A stretch of 52,959 nt of DNA from a virus (IMGVR_UViG_3300033433_000003:1-52959), one strand, 5' to 3'. Counted from the stretch's first letter, positions 27,996-38,922 are shown. Notes: generated by a model not told the origin, from the sequence alone. Numbers and translations are program-made.

Positions 27996-28354
27996 TGGCA
28001 AATAACATTTTTACTCCTGTTGTAAATGCGGCTATGGCCGCTTTCAACGGTTTAAAGAAGCCAATAACAGTAACAAACAAGCTTTCGACCTATAATGTAG
28101 AAACAAAGACTTATGGAAGTAAATCAACTTCTGAAGTCATTCACGGTTGGATATCAAAGTTTAAAGATTCTGTTATTGCCAACTCAGGTGGTTTGGTGCT
28201 GATAAATGACAGAAGGTTGTCTTTTTTGCCTGTTGATATAACTTGCATTCTTGATAGTAATTCGATAATTCAATTTGGCGGATCAAAATATAGGGTTATT
28301 GAAATATCATCAACAATAGATGAAAATAAAATCATAGTTCACGTGAGGAAGTGA
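27995..28354 (+). CDS. head closure protein (putative)
   Basis: Gene order and size. Confidence 0.65.
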   Translation: MANNIFTPVVNAAMAAFNGLKKPITVTNKLSTYNVETKTYGSKSTSEVIHGWISKFKDSVIANSGGLVLINDRRLSFLPVDITCILDSNSIIQFGGSKYRVIEISSTIDENKIIVHVRK

Positions 28355-28803
28355 TGGGCAGTTTTTCTGATCAAATATCTGCTTTTGTGAGAAAATCAAG
28401 AGCGAGTTGTTCAGCAATACATGCAAATGCAACAGTAGAACTTGAGAGAGCGATCATAAAAGACTCTCCATTAAAAACTGGAAGAACAAAAGCGAATTGG
28501 CAAGCAACGGTAAATGCACCAGCAATAACGGCATTGTATGAAAAGACAGGAATAGATTTTTATACATCAAATTATAACTGGCAAAAAACCGTAAAAGAGT
28601 CTGAAGACAGAATGAAGATGCTCGGAATTGATGGTGTTACATATATAAACAACCTTGTTAATTATGTTGTAGAACTTGAATATAATGCTCCAGGAGAAGG
28701 TGGAAGTTATCAAGCTCCTAATGGCATGGCAAGAATCAATGTTGCAAGGTGGAAAGAGATTGTTGGAATTGCATTGCAGAAAACACAGTTTGAATTAAGA
28801 TAG
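28354..28803 (+). CDS. HK97 gp10-like neck protein
   Basis: SPLKTGRTKANW, NNLVNYVVELEY, SYQAPNGM. Confidence 0.8.
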   Translation: MGSFSDQISAFVRKSRASCSAIHANATVELERAIIKDSPLKTGRTKANWQATVNAPAITALYEKTGIDFYTSNYNWQKTVKESEDRMKMLGIDGVTYINNLVNYVVELEYNAPGEGGSYQAPNGMARINVARWKEIVGIALQKTQFELR

Positions 28804-29216
28804 TGGCAGACAATAATAAAATAGCTGAAGCACTTGACATAAAGCTAAGCCAGTTTTCAAGTTTACCAACCGTCGTGCAATACGAAAATACAATGCTTGA
28901 TATGCCAGATGAAGAGCTTGGCATAGAATCATTTTTCATTCCTGGTGAAAGCACATATCCAACAATTGGAGCAAATGCTCCAGCAAAAGAGTTTGGAATA
29001 TATCAGATAAATGTTGTTGAGCAGCCTAATGTAGGAAGTGGAAGGGCATTGAAGAAAGCTCAGGAAATAAGGTCTTATTTCAACAGAGGTACAGTTCTTG
29101 TGAAAGATGAGGTAAATGTAAGAATTGTAAAGTCAACAATAGGTCCAGGGTTGACAAGTAAAGTTGACCAAAAATACAGAGTACCAGTAAGTGTTTATTA
29201 TGAATCATATTCTTAA
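28803..29216 (+). CDS. tail terminator (DUF4128-like)
   Basis: YEN, GIYQINV, YFNRGT, YRVPVSVYY. Confidence 0.75.
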   Translation: MADNNKIAEALDIKLSQFSSLPTVVQYENTMLDMPDEELGIESFFIPGESTYPTIGANAPAKEFGIYQINVVEQPNVGSGRALKKAQEIRSYFNRGTVLVKDEVNVRIVKSTIGPGLTSKVDQKYRVPVSVYYESYS

Positions 29217-29228
29217 AGGAGAAAGGAA

Positions 29229-30137
29229 ATGAGTACAGCAGCTGTTGGCGCAAAAACGGTCAGCCAGATCATTGCCGAGGTCACCGCTGGTACGCTGCCA
29301 GCAACGCCAGCGATGAAGGTTCTTCCGCTTGAGTCGAATACCCTGAAACTCTCAAAGGGCAGTCTCACTGACAACTCAATTCGTGGCGACAGAATGGGCG
29401 GCGACGTGCGCCCTGGAATGAACAAAATCGATGGCGACATCAAGTTCAACTATCGCTGCACTGAGTTTGATGAACTTTTGGAAAACATGTTCATGGGAGC
29501 ATGGACAACCAACGTTCTGAAAGCCGCGTCAACGGTGAAGAGCCATGCAATGGAAATTGGCCACACTGACGTCAATCAGTACAGCCAATTCCTTGGTTTG
29601 AGGGCAAATACTCTCGACATCTCTGCAAAGCCTGGTGACCTCATCAAATGCACGATGACGTTCATGGGAATGAGCAAAACTGATTACGCTGGAACGACAG
29701 CGGCTCAGTCAAGCGCCATGTACACCAAAGAGCCTTTCGACTCTTTCAATGGCAGCATTCAGGAAGGTGGCAGTGCAAGCGCAATCATCACAGGATTTGA
29801 CATCAAGATGTCGAACAACCTTGCTGAAAGCACAGTTCTTTTCAATGCCAACAGAACTGGAATCACAGCTGGCAATGTGTCTGTTTCTGGTTCGATAACT
29901 GCACAGTTCATCGATGCAGTTCTTTTCAACAAGTTCAAAAATGGCACAAACTCTGCCATCAGCATTACACTCACTGACCCTGCCGGAAAGAGCCACACGA
30001 TCCTGATTCCGAAGATCGTTTACACTGACTCTGATCTCAGCATTGCCAATGAGTCTGAGCTGACGCTGACGCTGACATTCAATGGCCAGTATGATTCGAC
30101 GACTGGCACAAAGATTCAGATCACAAGGGTTCCGTAA
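29229..30137 (+). CDS. major tail tube protein
   Basis: EVTAGTLPATP, SIRGDR, VSGSITAQF; position; no sheath gene present. Confidence 0.85.
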   Translation: MSTAAVGAKTVSQIIAEVTAGTLPATPAMKVLPLESNTLKLSKGSLTDNSIRGDRMGGDVRPGMNKIDGDIKFNYRCTEFDELLENMFMGAWTTNVLKAASTVKSHAMEIGHTDVNQYSQFLGLRANTLDISAKPGDLIKCTMTFMGMSKTDYAGTTAAQSSAMYTKEPFDSFNGSIQEGGSASAIITGFDIKMSNNLAESTVLFNANRTGITAGNVSVSGSITAQFIDAVLFNKFKNGTNSAISITLTDPAGKSHTILIPKIVYTDSDLSIANESELTLTLTFNGQYDSTTGTKIQITRVP

Positions 30138-30168
30138 TAACAATCAACAACCAATAAATCCACAGACC

Positions 30169-30567
30169 ATGGACTTATCAAATCTTTCGATTTCGGCACA
30201 TGACGGAGAATGGCTTCCGATCAATGCTCCTGATGGCACTCACATTCTCGACATGCTGATTGTGGGAAGGGATTCAACCGAATGCAAGGAGGCATCGCGC
30301 ATCGCCAGCGCGAATGTAAGGAAGATGAAGGGTGAAATCAAGCCTGAAAAGCTTGAAGATGATAACAAGAAAACAGTTATCGCGTGCATCAAAGACTGGC
30401 GTGATCCCGAGACTCTGGTGAACGAAATTACCTTCAAGGGTGAAAAGCTGAAATGCAATTACACCACAAAAAGACAGATCATCGATGAATTCCCGTTCAT
30501 CTATCGTCAGGTGGATGCTTACATCGTTGATGACGCGAATTTTTTCAAGGTGTTGGCGAAGAACTGA
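30169..30567 (+). CDS. tail assembly chaperone (gpG-like)
   Basis: Between tube and TMP; ends in the DDANFF slippery region. Confidence 0.8.
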   Translation: MDLSNLSISAHDGEWLPINAPDGTHILDMLIVGRDSTECKEASRIASANVRKMKGEIKPEKLEDDNKKTVIACIKDWRDPETLVNEITFKGEKLKCNYTTKRQIIDEFPFIYRQVDAYIVDDANFFKVLAKN

Positions 30568-30932
30568 AATCAATTTTACTCAAGCAAGTCAGGCTTGATA
30601 AGAAGATTGGGAAAGGTGAATCGGCCATAACAAGAAGAGAACATCTTGAACAAGTAGCGCTGTGTGGAGGAAAGAAACATGAAGACCTTGAGCCTGATAC
30701 AATACCTTATGCTGGTGAAGCTGTTTGGAAAGCATTTTGGTTTTTGTCAAGCAGAAGGTCTTCATTTGGAGGAATGGATGGCTCAATAAAGCCAATATCA
30801 ATTTTGGAAATAGAAAGTTACACTCGTATTATGAGAGTTGACTTTCGACCTTATGAAGTTGACATATTGGTTTCTCTTGACAATGAATATCTAAAGGTAG
30901 TAAGCGATGGACTTGGCGAGTCTTCAAATTAG
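30540..30932 (+). CDS. -1 frameshift extension of the tail chaperone (gpGT-like); slippery T TTT TTC at 30540-30546
   Basis: The -1 frame is open from 30540 to 30932 (TRREHLEQV...VWKAFWFLSSRR...PISILEI...EVDILVSLD). Confidence 0.8.
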   Translation, partial: FFQGVGEELKSILLKQVRLDKKIGKGESAITRREHLEQVALCGGKKHEDLEPDTIPYAGEAVWKAFWFLSSRRSSFGGMDGSIKPISILEIESYTRIMRVDFRPYEVDILVSLDNEYLKVVSDGLGESSN

Positions 30933-33900
30933 CATCAAGGAAGCTGGCGCAGCGAAAGCTTTGACCAACCTTGAAAAGCTGGAGAATAGAGCCAAGTCCC
31001 TCGAATTAGCAGTTGAATCGCTGAATAAAAAATTCGGCATAGGCAATAATATTGCCCTTAGCATATCGAATATCGGAGAGGCGGCTAATATATCCGCTAT
31101 CGCTGTTAAAACGTTAAAAGACACGCTTAATAGCATAGGGGTTAATAAGCTTTCCGAACTTGCTCGTTCAACGGAACAGTTAACTTCTGCAAACCAAAAA
31201 GCATCTGTAACATACAGAAAGCTTGCCGAAGATAAAGCGAAAGTTGAATTAGCCAACAACAAAATTTCTATATCAAATAAAGCTGTCGAAAAGTCTGAAG
31301 AGCAATTGAAGCTTGCTACTGAAAGACTATCTACACAGACAGCAAAAAAGAACAATGAGCTTGGAAAAGCCACCAAGATAACAGCTGATGGCGAAGCAGC
31401 CACGGCCCGTGCAGCCAAAGCCACATTGTCTCTTTCTGATGCGCAATCAAGATCTGAAAGAAATCTTCGCAAACACAATCAGACTTGGACTGAGCATATC
31501 GCAACAGTCGCTGGCGGCATACTTTTGTATCAGGGCATACGAAAGGCAATGTCTCTCGCCTGGGAAGGAATTGCTGGCGGAGTTCAGGCTGTTTCAGATT
31601 ATCAGGATGCTGTTATTGGAATGGCATCTATGTACACAACCCTTGCAAAAGATCAATCAAATATACCTGGAAAATATGCTGAAGCCAAAAGATATGCTGA
31701 AGCTTTAATTCCAGTTCTTCAGGATATTGATAAGTACACTGCGATGAATCTTTCGCAGCTTATCGAAATGAATACGGCGTTTGCATCTCAGGGCATAGCT
31801 ATGAATGCAAACAATAAAGAGCAAGTTCAAGGATATACCAATATTGCCAACGCAATACTTTTCTTAACAAAAGGTCAGGCGACATCTCGTCAGATTGCTC
31901 AGGAAATCAAAGCTGCTGTAGAAGGTCAACATAGGCCGAGCGACGCACTTGGAAAACTTCTTTACACACAGCTTGGAAGCACGCTGAAACCTACTCTTCA
32001 AACTTGGAGAGAGATTGGTAAAGCCCAAGGTGATAGCGGATATATAATTGGAAAGATGGGTGAGCTTCTTTCTGGTTACACAGCAGGATCACAAGATATG
32101 CTTGCAACATGGTCGGCAACGACAAGCTCATTGAAGACCACATTTGACATTGTAGCTCGTGAATCTTTGACTCCAGTTTTAAAGGATTGGGTAAGGTACA
32201 TTGGGCAATTCAATGAATACATAAGAGAGCATAAAAAAGAAATCGCCAGCGCCGTGCAGGGTGTTTGGAGCGATATGAAGACAATATTCCTGACGATAAA
32301 GGAAAACATATGGCTCGTTAAAACTGCATTTGAACTTGCTTTCAGCGCGAAAATCATACAAGCCATTATTGCAACTGAAGAAGCTTTGGCAGCACTGAAA
32401 ATTACAGGAGCTGCTGTTGGAATGGTCATGGGCACTGATCTGGTCATAGCAACCGGTGGACTTGCTCTCTCATTGGTTGGCATAGCATATATAATAGACA
32501 GTTTGATTAAAAAGTGGGAGACATTTACTAACGCCCTTGACCTTGCGAAGCTTGCTATGTCAGGCAAAATCACTCTTGGCGAGTGGGCGATGTCAGGACC
32601 TCAAGAGGCACAAACTTTACTTGATAGAGAAAAAATAAAACAGCAGACAGGATTTTATGAAAAAAATCCTTCATCGTTAACTGGCCAGCAAAATAGACGT
32701 CATGTCGGCGGGAAGTCTGTTGCTTCAAGCAATGCTTTGAATTTTGGATCATCAGCTTCTGATGGTAAAGTTTCTGTGACATATGGATCAGAATACTATA
32801 CTGTAAGAGGTGAAAATAAAATAAAACATTATTTTGATCCAAAAACAAGGGTTTGGAAAGAAGAGTTATACAAACCTGGAACAGCAAAAGCTGATGATCC
32901 AAAACTTGGCTTTCAGCTTGGAACGGCTCCGCCAGCAGCCGACAAATCAGCTGTCTCTGCTGCCAAAAAACTTGAAAGCGAAAGGAAAACTCTTGAAGAT
33001 CAGCTCATAAGAATAATTGGAAGGGAAGATGATTATACAAAATCCCTCACACAGTACAACCTTGCAATGGAAAAGGTTGAGAGAGCAAATGTAATAGGAG
33101 CTGGCAGCGCAAAATTGAGAGCAGATGCTGAATCATCAGCTGTCGCATCTCTTGGTGATTCTTTGAATAAAGGTTATGATAAGATAACCAAAGAGATGGA
33201 TAATAAATCATCTGTATTTTCAAAGTTTGGTCAAGCGATTGATGACATAAATCAGAGAAGTGTAGACTCAACAAATGCATTAAAGTCATTCGAGGGTGAA
33301 GTAAATTCAAGTAAAAGGTCTCAGTCTGAAAAAGCCAAATTGATTGCCACGGCAGAAAAATCTGTTGCAGATAGCAGAATACATGCTGAAGCAGCAACTA
33401 TGGCAACGGTGAATGCATTAAACAAAGAACTTGCAGCAAAAGGCATATATATAAAGGCAACAAAAGAAACTGTAAAACAAGTTACAGAAGCTGCAAACTC
33501 TGCATATGATCTTGGTGAAACGCTGAAGCACGCACTTGGCGAGTCAACTGATTTAAGCTCTGATTCAATCAAATATCTTTCAGAAGTATTCATGCTGCTT
33601 CAAACAAGAAGCAAGCTTGCAAGTGAAGGGTTAAGCACTTTGGTCAATACACTTTCTCTTGTTGGAACAGCTTTAAAAGGAATTGGTTCAATAGCTGGAG
33701 GCAGGATTGGCGGAGGAATCAGCACAATTGGTTCTGGAATAAATTTGCTTGGAAATCAGATTGATACATCAGGACTTGAAGGTGATGCGCTTAGGACAGC
33801 AAATACAAAAAATTCGATTAATTCAATATCAGGGTACACAGCAATAGCTTCTGGCGTTGGACAGATGATTGGTGGCAAAGTTGGTGGAACGATCACCAAT

Positions 33901-35718
33901 GTAGCAACTGGAGCGGCTGCTGGAGCGGCATTTGGACCGATTGGCGCAGTTGTCGGCGGTGTCGTCGGACTGGTCTCGTCCTTATTTGGTGGCGGAGCAA
34001 CAAAAGAAGATGGAGCTATTGCTGCTGGCGATTCACTTGCAAGCTGGAACAAGATTTCTGAAATGGCAGCTTCCGGTGGAACAACTGCCAAAGCAATGCT
34101 TGCCAAGTTCGGTGGAAACATCAATTATGCTGCGACATCATCGCACGAGTCTGATTTCTACGGGATGGGCTTTGATAATCTGCTTGGTGGGACCAAAGAC
34201 TTTGGAATGTTTTATACCAAGGAGAACAATTACAATCAGGATGTATTAAGCTATCTTGAAGGATTGACAAAAGCAGAGGCCACCATAAAGAGCATGACAA
34301 GTTCTGGTGTATCTCAAAAGCTTGAAGAAATCAATGCCAGCTATGACAGAATAATATCGACATATGGGCAGCTTTCAGGACTTGAAACTGCAAGGATGAA
34401 TGAACTCGTAAATGCTGTGATAGGACTTACGTCAGATTCTGTTACAAGCATGATTGCTGAGTCTATCAAAAGTAGCTCAACAGGAACAGCTGGAGACGCA
34501 TTCATAGCAAAGTGGAATGAAACTATTGCAACAGCCATTCAGAATATGGCTATAAGCAGTTTGGTTTCAAGTGTGATGTCAAGCTATCTTGAGCCAACAT
34601 TGGCTTCGATAACAACAAGATTGATGGCAGGAAATTTGAGTTCAGCTGATATGGCAGGTCTGATGTCTCAGGCCACGGCGGCTGGAAACTCCATCGTTCC
34701 TATGATCAACGCTTTGTCTGAAGCATTAAACAGTTCTGGCGCAATGGCGCAACAGGCAGCAAGCTCTCTTGATTCATTAAAGAACAGCGCTTGGCAGTTA
34801 CTGAATGATGTAAGCTCTATCAGAGATGCAGCTTTGAAATCGATGAATTCGACAGACGCTGCTCTTCAAAAAATTATGTGGAATTTCCAAGATGCGCAAA
34901 CATCGGTTAACAATGGATTCGATGCATTAAAGAGAAGTGTTGAGAATGATAAAACATCACTTACGTCTCTGAACTCAATGCTTGAAAGTGCATTGACCTC
35001 GGTTACGTCTAACAATGGTGTCACTCCTGATCAAAGAGCTTCTGCTCAGAATGCATTGTCTTCCATGCTGATAGCGGCACAGGGTGGTGTGATGCCAGAT
35101 TCAGGATCGTTGGGCGCCGTTCTTGGAAAGCTGACTGCACAGTCATCTCAGAATTACTCTTCAAAAGAAGCGTATTTGTATGACATGTACAGCTCGCAGT
35201 CAGGCATTAGCAGTTTGAATGATATAGTGAAGAGTCAGATAACTACACTTGACAATATATTGGCTGCCGCCCAAAAGCAGATTGATACTATTAATGGTGT
35301 CGATACAAGTGTAATATCAGTCGAATCTGCTGTTACTGCTCTCAGAGGCGATTTCATGACTTACTTCAGCAGTCAGCTTGCTTTAGCAAATGGCTCAACA
35401 GCATCGAATGATTGGTACACTCAGTATTATGAAAGACGGAGAGCTGTACTTGGATATGCAAGCGGCGGCGTGCATACTGGCGGTTATAGGATGGTTGGAG
35501 AATATGGCCCGGAGCTTGAATACACCGGCGCTTCAAGGATATTTAGCAATAAAGATTCAAGAGCAATTTTTGATATAAATCCTGCTGTTGATCAGATGGC
35601 CATGATGAGGGAAGATCTTAGAAGGTCAAATTATGAAATAGTTTTCAACTTAAAGAAAATTGTTAAAATAATTGATCGTTGGGACAAAGAAGGTCAACCT
35701 GCAACAAGAGATAACTGA
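30907..35718 (+). CDS. tape measure protein
   Basis: 1603 aa, MDLASLQI start, Ala/Ser-rich helical, C-terminal YASGG..GG..MVGEYGPELE. Confidence 0.92.
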   Translation: MDLASLQISIKEAGAAKALTNLEKLENRAKSLELAVESLNKKFGIGNNIALSISNIGEAANISAIAVKTLKDTLNSIGVNKLSELARSTEQLTSANQKASVTYRKLAEDKAKVELANNKISISNKAVEKSEEQLKLATERLSTQTAKKNNELGKATKITADGEAATARAAKATLSLSDAQSRSERNLRKHNQTWTEHIATVAGGILLYQGIRKAMSLAWEGIAGGVQAVSDYQDAVIGMASMYTTLAKDQSNIPGKYAEAKRYAEALIPVLQDIDKYTAMNLSQLIEMNTAFASQGIAMNANNKEQVQGYTNIANAILFLTKGQATSRQIAQEIKAAVEGQHRPSDALGKLLYTQLGSTLKPTLQTWREIGKAQGDSGYIIGKMGELLSGYTAGSQDMLATWSATTSSLKTTFDIVARESLTPVLKDWVRYIGQFNEYIREHKKEIASAVQGVWSDMKTIFLTIKENIWLVKTAFELAFSAKIIQAIIATEEALAALKITGAAVGMVMGTDLVIATGGLALSLVGIAYIIDSLIKKWETFTNALDLAKLAMSGKITLGEWAMSGPQEAQTLLDREKIKQQTGFYEKNPSSLTGQQNRRHVGGKSVASSNALNFGSSASDGKVSVTYGSEYYTVRGENKIKHYFDPKTRVWKEELYKPGTAKADDPKLGFQLGTAPPAADKSAVSAAKKLESERKTLEDQLIRIIGREDDYTKSLTQYNLAMEKVERANVIGAGSAKLRADAESSAVASLGDSLNKGYDKITKEMDNKSSVFSKFGQAIDDINQRSVDSTNALKSFEGEVNSSKRSQSEKAKLIATAEKSVADSRIHAEAATMATVNALNKELAAKGIYIKATKETVKQVTEAANSAYDLGETLKHALGESTDLSSDSIKYLSEVFMLLQTRSKLASEGLSTLVNTLSLVGTALKGIGSIAGGRIGGGISTIGSGINLLGNQIDTSGLEGDALRTANTKNSINSISGYTAIASGVGQMIGGKVGGTITNVATGAAAGAAFGPIGAVVGGVVGLVSSLFGGGATKEDGAIAAGDSLASWNKISEMAASGGTTAKAMLAKFGGNINYAATSSHESDFYGMGFDNLLGGTKDFGMFYTKENNYNQDVLSYLEGLTKAEATIKSMTSSGVSQKLEEINASYDRIISTYGQLSGLETARMNELVNAVIGLTSDSVTSMIAESIKSSSTGTAGDAFIAKWNETIATAIQNMAISSLVSSVMSSYLEPTLASITTRLMAGNLSSADMAGLMSQATAAGNSIVPMINALSEALNSSGAMAQQAASSLDSLKNSAWQLLNDVSSIRDAALKSMNSTDAALQKIMWNFQDAQTSVNNGFDALKRSVENDKTSLTSLNSMLESALTSVTSNNGVTPDQRASAQNALSSMLIAAQGGVMPDSGSLGAVLGKLTAQSSQNYSSKEAYLYDMYSSQSGISSLNDIVKSQITTLDNILAAAQKQIDTINGVDTSVISVESAVTALRGDFMTYFSSQLALANGSTASNDWYTQYYERRRAVLGYASGGVHTGGYRMVGEYGPELEYTGASRIFSNKDSRAIFDINPAVDQMAMMREDLRRSNYEIVFNLKKIVKIIDRWDKEGQPATRDN

Positions 35719-35720
35719 TA

Positions 35721-36632
35721 ATGAAAGTTATTAAGCAAATAACAGTAACAGATGATAAACTTGCATCTGCTTCAGTTGCAGAGAATGACTACGCGGCTTG
35801 GGAGGCTGCAACAAGTTATTTGATTGGAGCGATGGTCATCAGAACTGAAACGCACAGAATTTATAAATGTGTTGTTGCCGGAGTTGATTCTACAACCCCT
35901 GAAGATTCTGTTGTCTCAGTAACTCCGAGATGGGTTGATATGGGCCCGACAAATAGGTGGGCAATGCTTGATGGAATTATAAGCACGCAAACCATTTCTG
36001 CAACAACAATAGAATATGTTTTTAACATATCTGATATTATAGATTCTGTTTGCTTGTTCGGTCTTGTTGGTTCTTCAATAACCATCAAAGCTGAAGTAGA
36101 TGAATTAGGTGATATGGTTGAAGTTTACAATATGACCAAGTCTCTTGATTCATCATATATAAGTGATTGGTATCAATATTTTACAACTCCATTTTATCCA
36201 ATAAAAGAAGCATTCTTTACTGATCTTCCGATGTTGTCTGAGATGGTAATTACTGTAACAATTGTTGGAACTTATAATGTAAGGTGTGGGCTTATAACCT
36301 TTGGAACTATGACAGATCTTGGCTCTACACAATATAGGGCAAAGTTTGGAATGACCGATCACAGCATAAAAACAACCGATGAATTTGGAAATGCCATATA
36401 TGTAAAAAGAAATAAATCAAAGAGACTTGAGATTCCATTACAGATTAATAACTTTGATCTTAATACGTTTTGGAATTTCATGGATAGCATAGATGGACCA
36501 TGCGTGTGGCTCGGCTCTGATGATGACAGATATGTTGTATTATCAACTTATGGTTTTTTCAAAGACTTTGATGTTGATATTGAATTTCCAGAAGTTTCTT
36601 ATTGTACACTTCAAATCGAAGGATTAATATAA
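35721..36632 (+). CDS. distal tail / tail tip protein with a carbohydrate-binding-like W-x4-Y module
   Basis: Directly after TMP; AWEAATSY, WVDMGPTNRWAM. Confidence 0.7.
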   Translation: MKVIKQITVTDDKLASASVAENDYAAWEAATSYLIGAMVIRTETHRIYKCVVAGVDSTTPEDSVVSVTPRWVDMGPTNRWAMLDGIISTQTISATTIEYVFNISDIIDSVCLFGLVGSSITIKAEVDELGDMVEVYNMTKSLDSSYISDWYQYFTTPFYPIKEAFFTDLPMLSEMVITVTIVGTYNVRCGLITFGTMTDLGSTQYRAKFGMTDHSIKTTDEFGNAIYVKRNKSKRLEIPLQINNFDLNTFWNFMDSIDGPCVWLGSDDDRYVVLSTYGFFKDFDVDIEFPEVSYCTLQIEGLI

Positions 36633-37657
36633 TGCCAATAACGAATTTATCAGAACCACCGTCGAGACTTGACCCTTCAGGCTTTGCATCAAAAGCGAAT
36701 GCATTACTCGGAGACTTGCCGACATTCGTAAGTGAAGCAAATGCTCTTGAAGTAAATGTGAACGCGAAAGAAGCTTCAGCCGTTGCATCAGCAGCTTCAG
36801 CGTTGGAATCTGCAAATTCAGCTTCTGTATCAGCCTCAACTGCTGTTGCTGCAACAAACGCTGCCAAGTGGGTTTCTGGAACTACTTATGGAATAGGTGA
36901 TTGCAGATGGTCACCAATAACATATTATGTGTATCGCAGGAAAACTGTTGGAGCTGGAACGACAGACCCTTCTGCTGATACAACGAACTGGATATTGTTA
37001 CTTCCAGGAGTAGGTTTCTTGGTTAATGTTACTTCAGATATTCAAGCTCAGTTGAATACGAAAGCTTATGCGGCTGATGTTGCTGCTGCTCAGGATCAGT
37101 TAAATAAATCAGTTCCGGCAGGTCATATTTCTGAATGGGCTGGAGGTGATACTCCACCAACAGGATGGCTTGTCAGAGATGGTTCTTTAATCAACCGAAC
37201 GACATACGCCGCTCTGTTTTCAGCAATTGGCACGAGATATGGCGCTGGAGATGGAACAACAACATTCGCCCTTCCAGATGACCGTGGCGTCGTGCTTGCT
37301 GGATACAAGTCTGGTGATGCTGCATTTGGAAGTTTCGGTTCTGTTCTTGGAAACAAAGATGCAACGCTCGTTTACCACGGCCACTCGGTTTCTGATCCTG
37401 GTCATACTCATAGCGTTTATGATCCTGGTCACGCTCATAGTGAAACTGGCGGGATTCTTAATGGAAACTCAGGATTTATTCAGCAATTTGCTGAAGGCGG
37501 AGGATACATTTTTGGATCTAAGTCAACATCAGCAGCAGGAACTGGAATAGGAATTTATGGCGCTGGAACAGGAATCAGTGTTGCGGCAGCAGGTAGTTCA
37601 GCTACAAACGCAAATATCCAGCCAACAAGAGTGTATCTTCCAATCATTAAATACTGA
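36632..37657 (+). CDS. tail fiber with collar domain
   Basis: PTGWL..DGSLINRTTYAALFSAIGTRYGAGDGTTTFALPD.RG; HTHS repeats; IIKY end. Confidence 0.9.
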   Translation: MPITNLSEPPSRLDPSGFASKANALLGDLPTFVSEANALEVNVNAKEASAVASAASALESANSASVSASTAVAATNAAKWVSGTTYGIGDCRWSPITYYVYRRKTVGAGTTDPSADTTNWILLLPGVGFLVNVTSDIQAQLNTKAYAADVAAAQDQLNKSVPAGHISEWAGGDTPPTGWLVRDGSLINRTTYAALFSAIGTRYGAGDGTTTFALPDDRGVVLAGYKSGDAAFGSFGSVLGNKDATLVYHGHSVSDPGHTHSVYDPGHAHSETGGILNGNSGFIQQFAEGGGYIFGSKSTSAAGTGIGIYGAGTGISVAAAGSSATNANIQPTRVYLPIIKY

Positions 37658-37663
37658 CCTATT

Positions 37664-38119
37664 ATGATATTATATCATCTTGATGATGCTGGCGAATATA
37701 TCGGAGAGTCTGAAGCATTGCTTGATCCGCTGGAGAGTACAGAAAAAAATCCTGTATATTTGATTCCGAGGAATTCGACATCAAATACTCCTCCAGAAGC
37801 TGAAGTTGGCTTTGCAAGGGTATATGATGGTTCAACTTGGCGGCAGGTGATCGACAAACGTGGAACGATATTCTGGTCTTCATATTCTGAGTCTCATGAG
37901 ATCATTCATCTCGGAGTTGATGTTCCTGAAGGAGCATTGCTTGAAAGACCGGAACCTCCAGCTCCGCCAGCTCCGCCAGCTGATCCTGAAATTGTTTCTC
38001 CACGGCCTGTTGAGCCTATCGAACCTTTGACAATTGAGCAACTCGGACAACTTTTGCAGAGAACTCAAGAGCAGCTTGCTGCAATCCAAAGTCATATTGA
38101 TTCGATATCAAATCAGTAA
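37664..38119 (+). CDS. tail fiber assembly chaperone
   Basis: GEYIG, IPRNST...PP, W...DKRG. Confidence 0.8.
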   Translation: MILYHLDDAGEYIGESEALLDPLESTEKNPVYLIPRNSTSNTPPEAEVGFARVYDGSTWRQVIDKRGTIFWSSYSESHEIIHLGVDVPEGALLERPEPPAPPAPPADPEIVSPRPVEPIEPLTIEQLGQLLQRTQEQLAAIQSHIDSISNQ

Positions 38120-38129
38120 ATAAACAAAA

Positions 38130-38486
38130 ATGCCCCAGAGATTTGCTCATGTATTAGGAAACTTGGCTGATTTAGGAATTGTTGGTACAGCCATCGCTTT
38201 GAATACAGCATTGTCTTCTTCCAATGTTCCTGTGATCAATTTTGATAACCCGTCAACAAAAATTGCTTCTTATGCGGCATTATTGATAGCCATCGGAAAA
38301 TTGAGTTCATATCTTTCATCATCAATAGTCAGGGTAATGAAAGCTCAATCGGAAATCAAAATTGCCGAATCTTTTGTTGACCCTGAAATTTGCGCAAAGC
38401 TTGAGCATTACAAATGCTACAGGGCACCAGGTTGTGACACAAGAATTCACATTAAACCAATATCAGTAAAAAATGATCAGCAGTAA
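38130..38486 (+). CDS. membrane protein, possible holin
   Basis: Two hydrophobic segments; overlaps the endolysin start. Confidence 0.5.
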   Translation: MPQRFAHVLGNLADLGIVGTAIALNTALSSSNVPVINFDNPSTKIASYAALLIAIGKLSSYLSSSIVRVMKAQSEIKIAESFVDPEICAKLEHYKCYRAPGCDTRIHIKPISVKNDQQ

Positions 38487-38922
38487 AGATCCAAAGGCTT
38501 TAATTCCTATTGTTTATTCAAAGTATGAAAAATTTGCTGATCAATGCAGCAGATCTCATATTGATATAATTGTAACTTCCACCTATCGCGATTTGGAATC
38601 GCAAGGAGCTTTGTACTCTATCGGAAGAACAATAAAAGGTGAAGATGTTGATGCCAAAAACCCTATGGGCAAAATTGTAACAAATGCAAAGCCTGGCAAC
38701 TCTTTTCATCAATATCGTGTTGCATTTGATGTTGTTCCGATTATTCATGGAAAGCCTGTTTGGAACAATAAGCAATTGTGGGAAAGCATTGGAGCAATTG
38801 CGAAGGCGTGCGGATTGGAATGGGCGGGAGATTGGAAGAAATTCAAAGAAAAGTGCCATCTTCAATACACAAGCGGATTAACTCTCAAAGACTTCAAAAA
38901 CGGTAAAATACCAACTCAATAA
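38473..38922 (+). CDS. endolysin, M15 (L-Ala-D-Glu) peptidase
   Basis: TYR...Q..LY..GR, VTNAKPGNSFHQY..AFD, LEWAGDW, HLQ. Confidence 0.9.
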   Translation: MISSKDPKALIPIVYSKYEKFADQCSRSHIDIIVTSTYRDLESQGALYSIGRTIKGEDVDAKNPMGKIVTNAKPGNSFHQYRVAFDVVPIIHGKPVWNNKQLWESIGAIAKACGLEWAGDWKKFKEKCHLQYTSGLTLKDFKNGKIPTQ

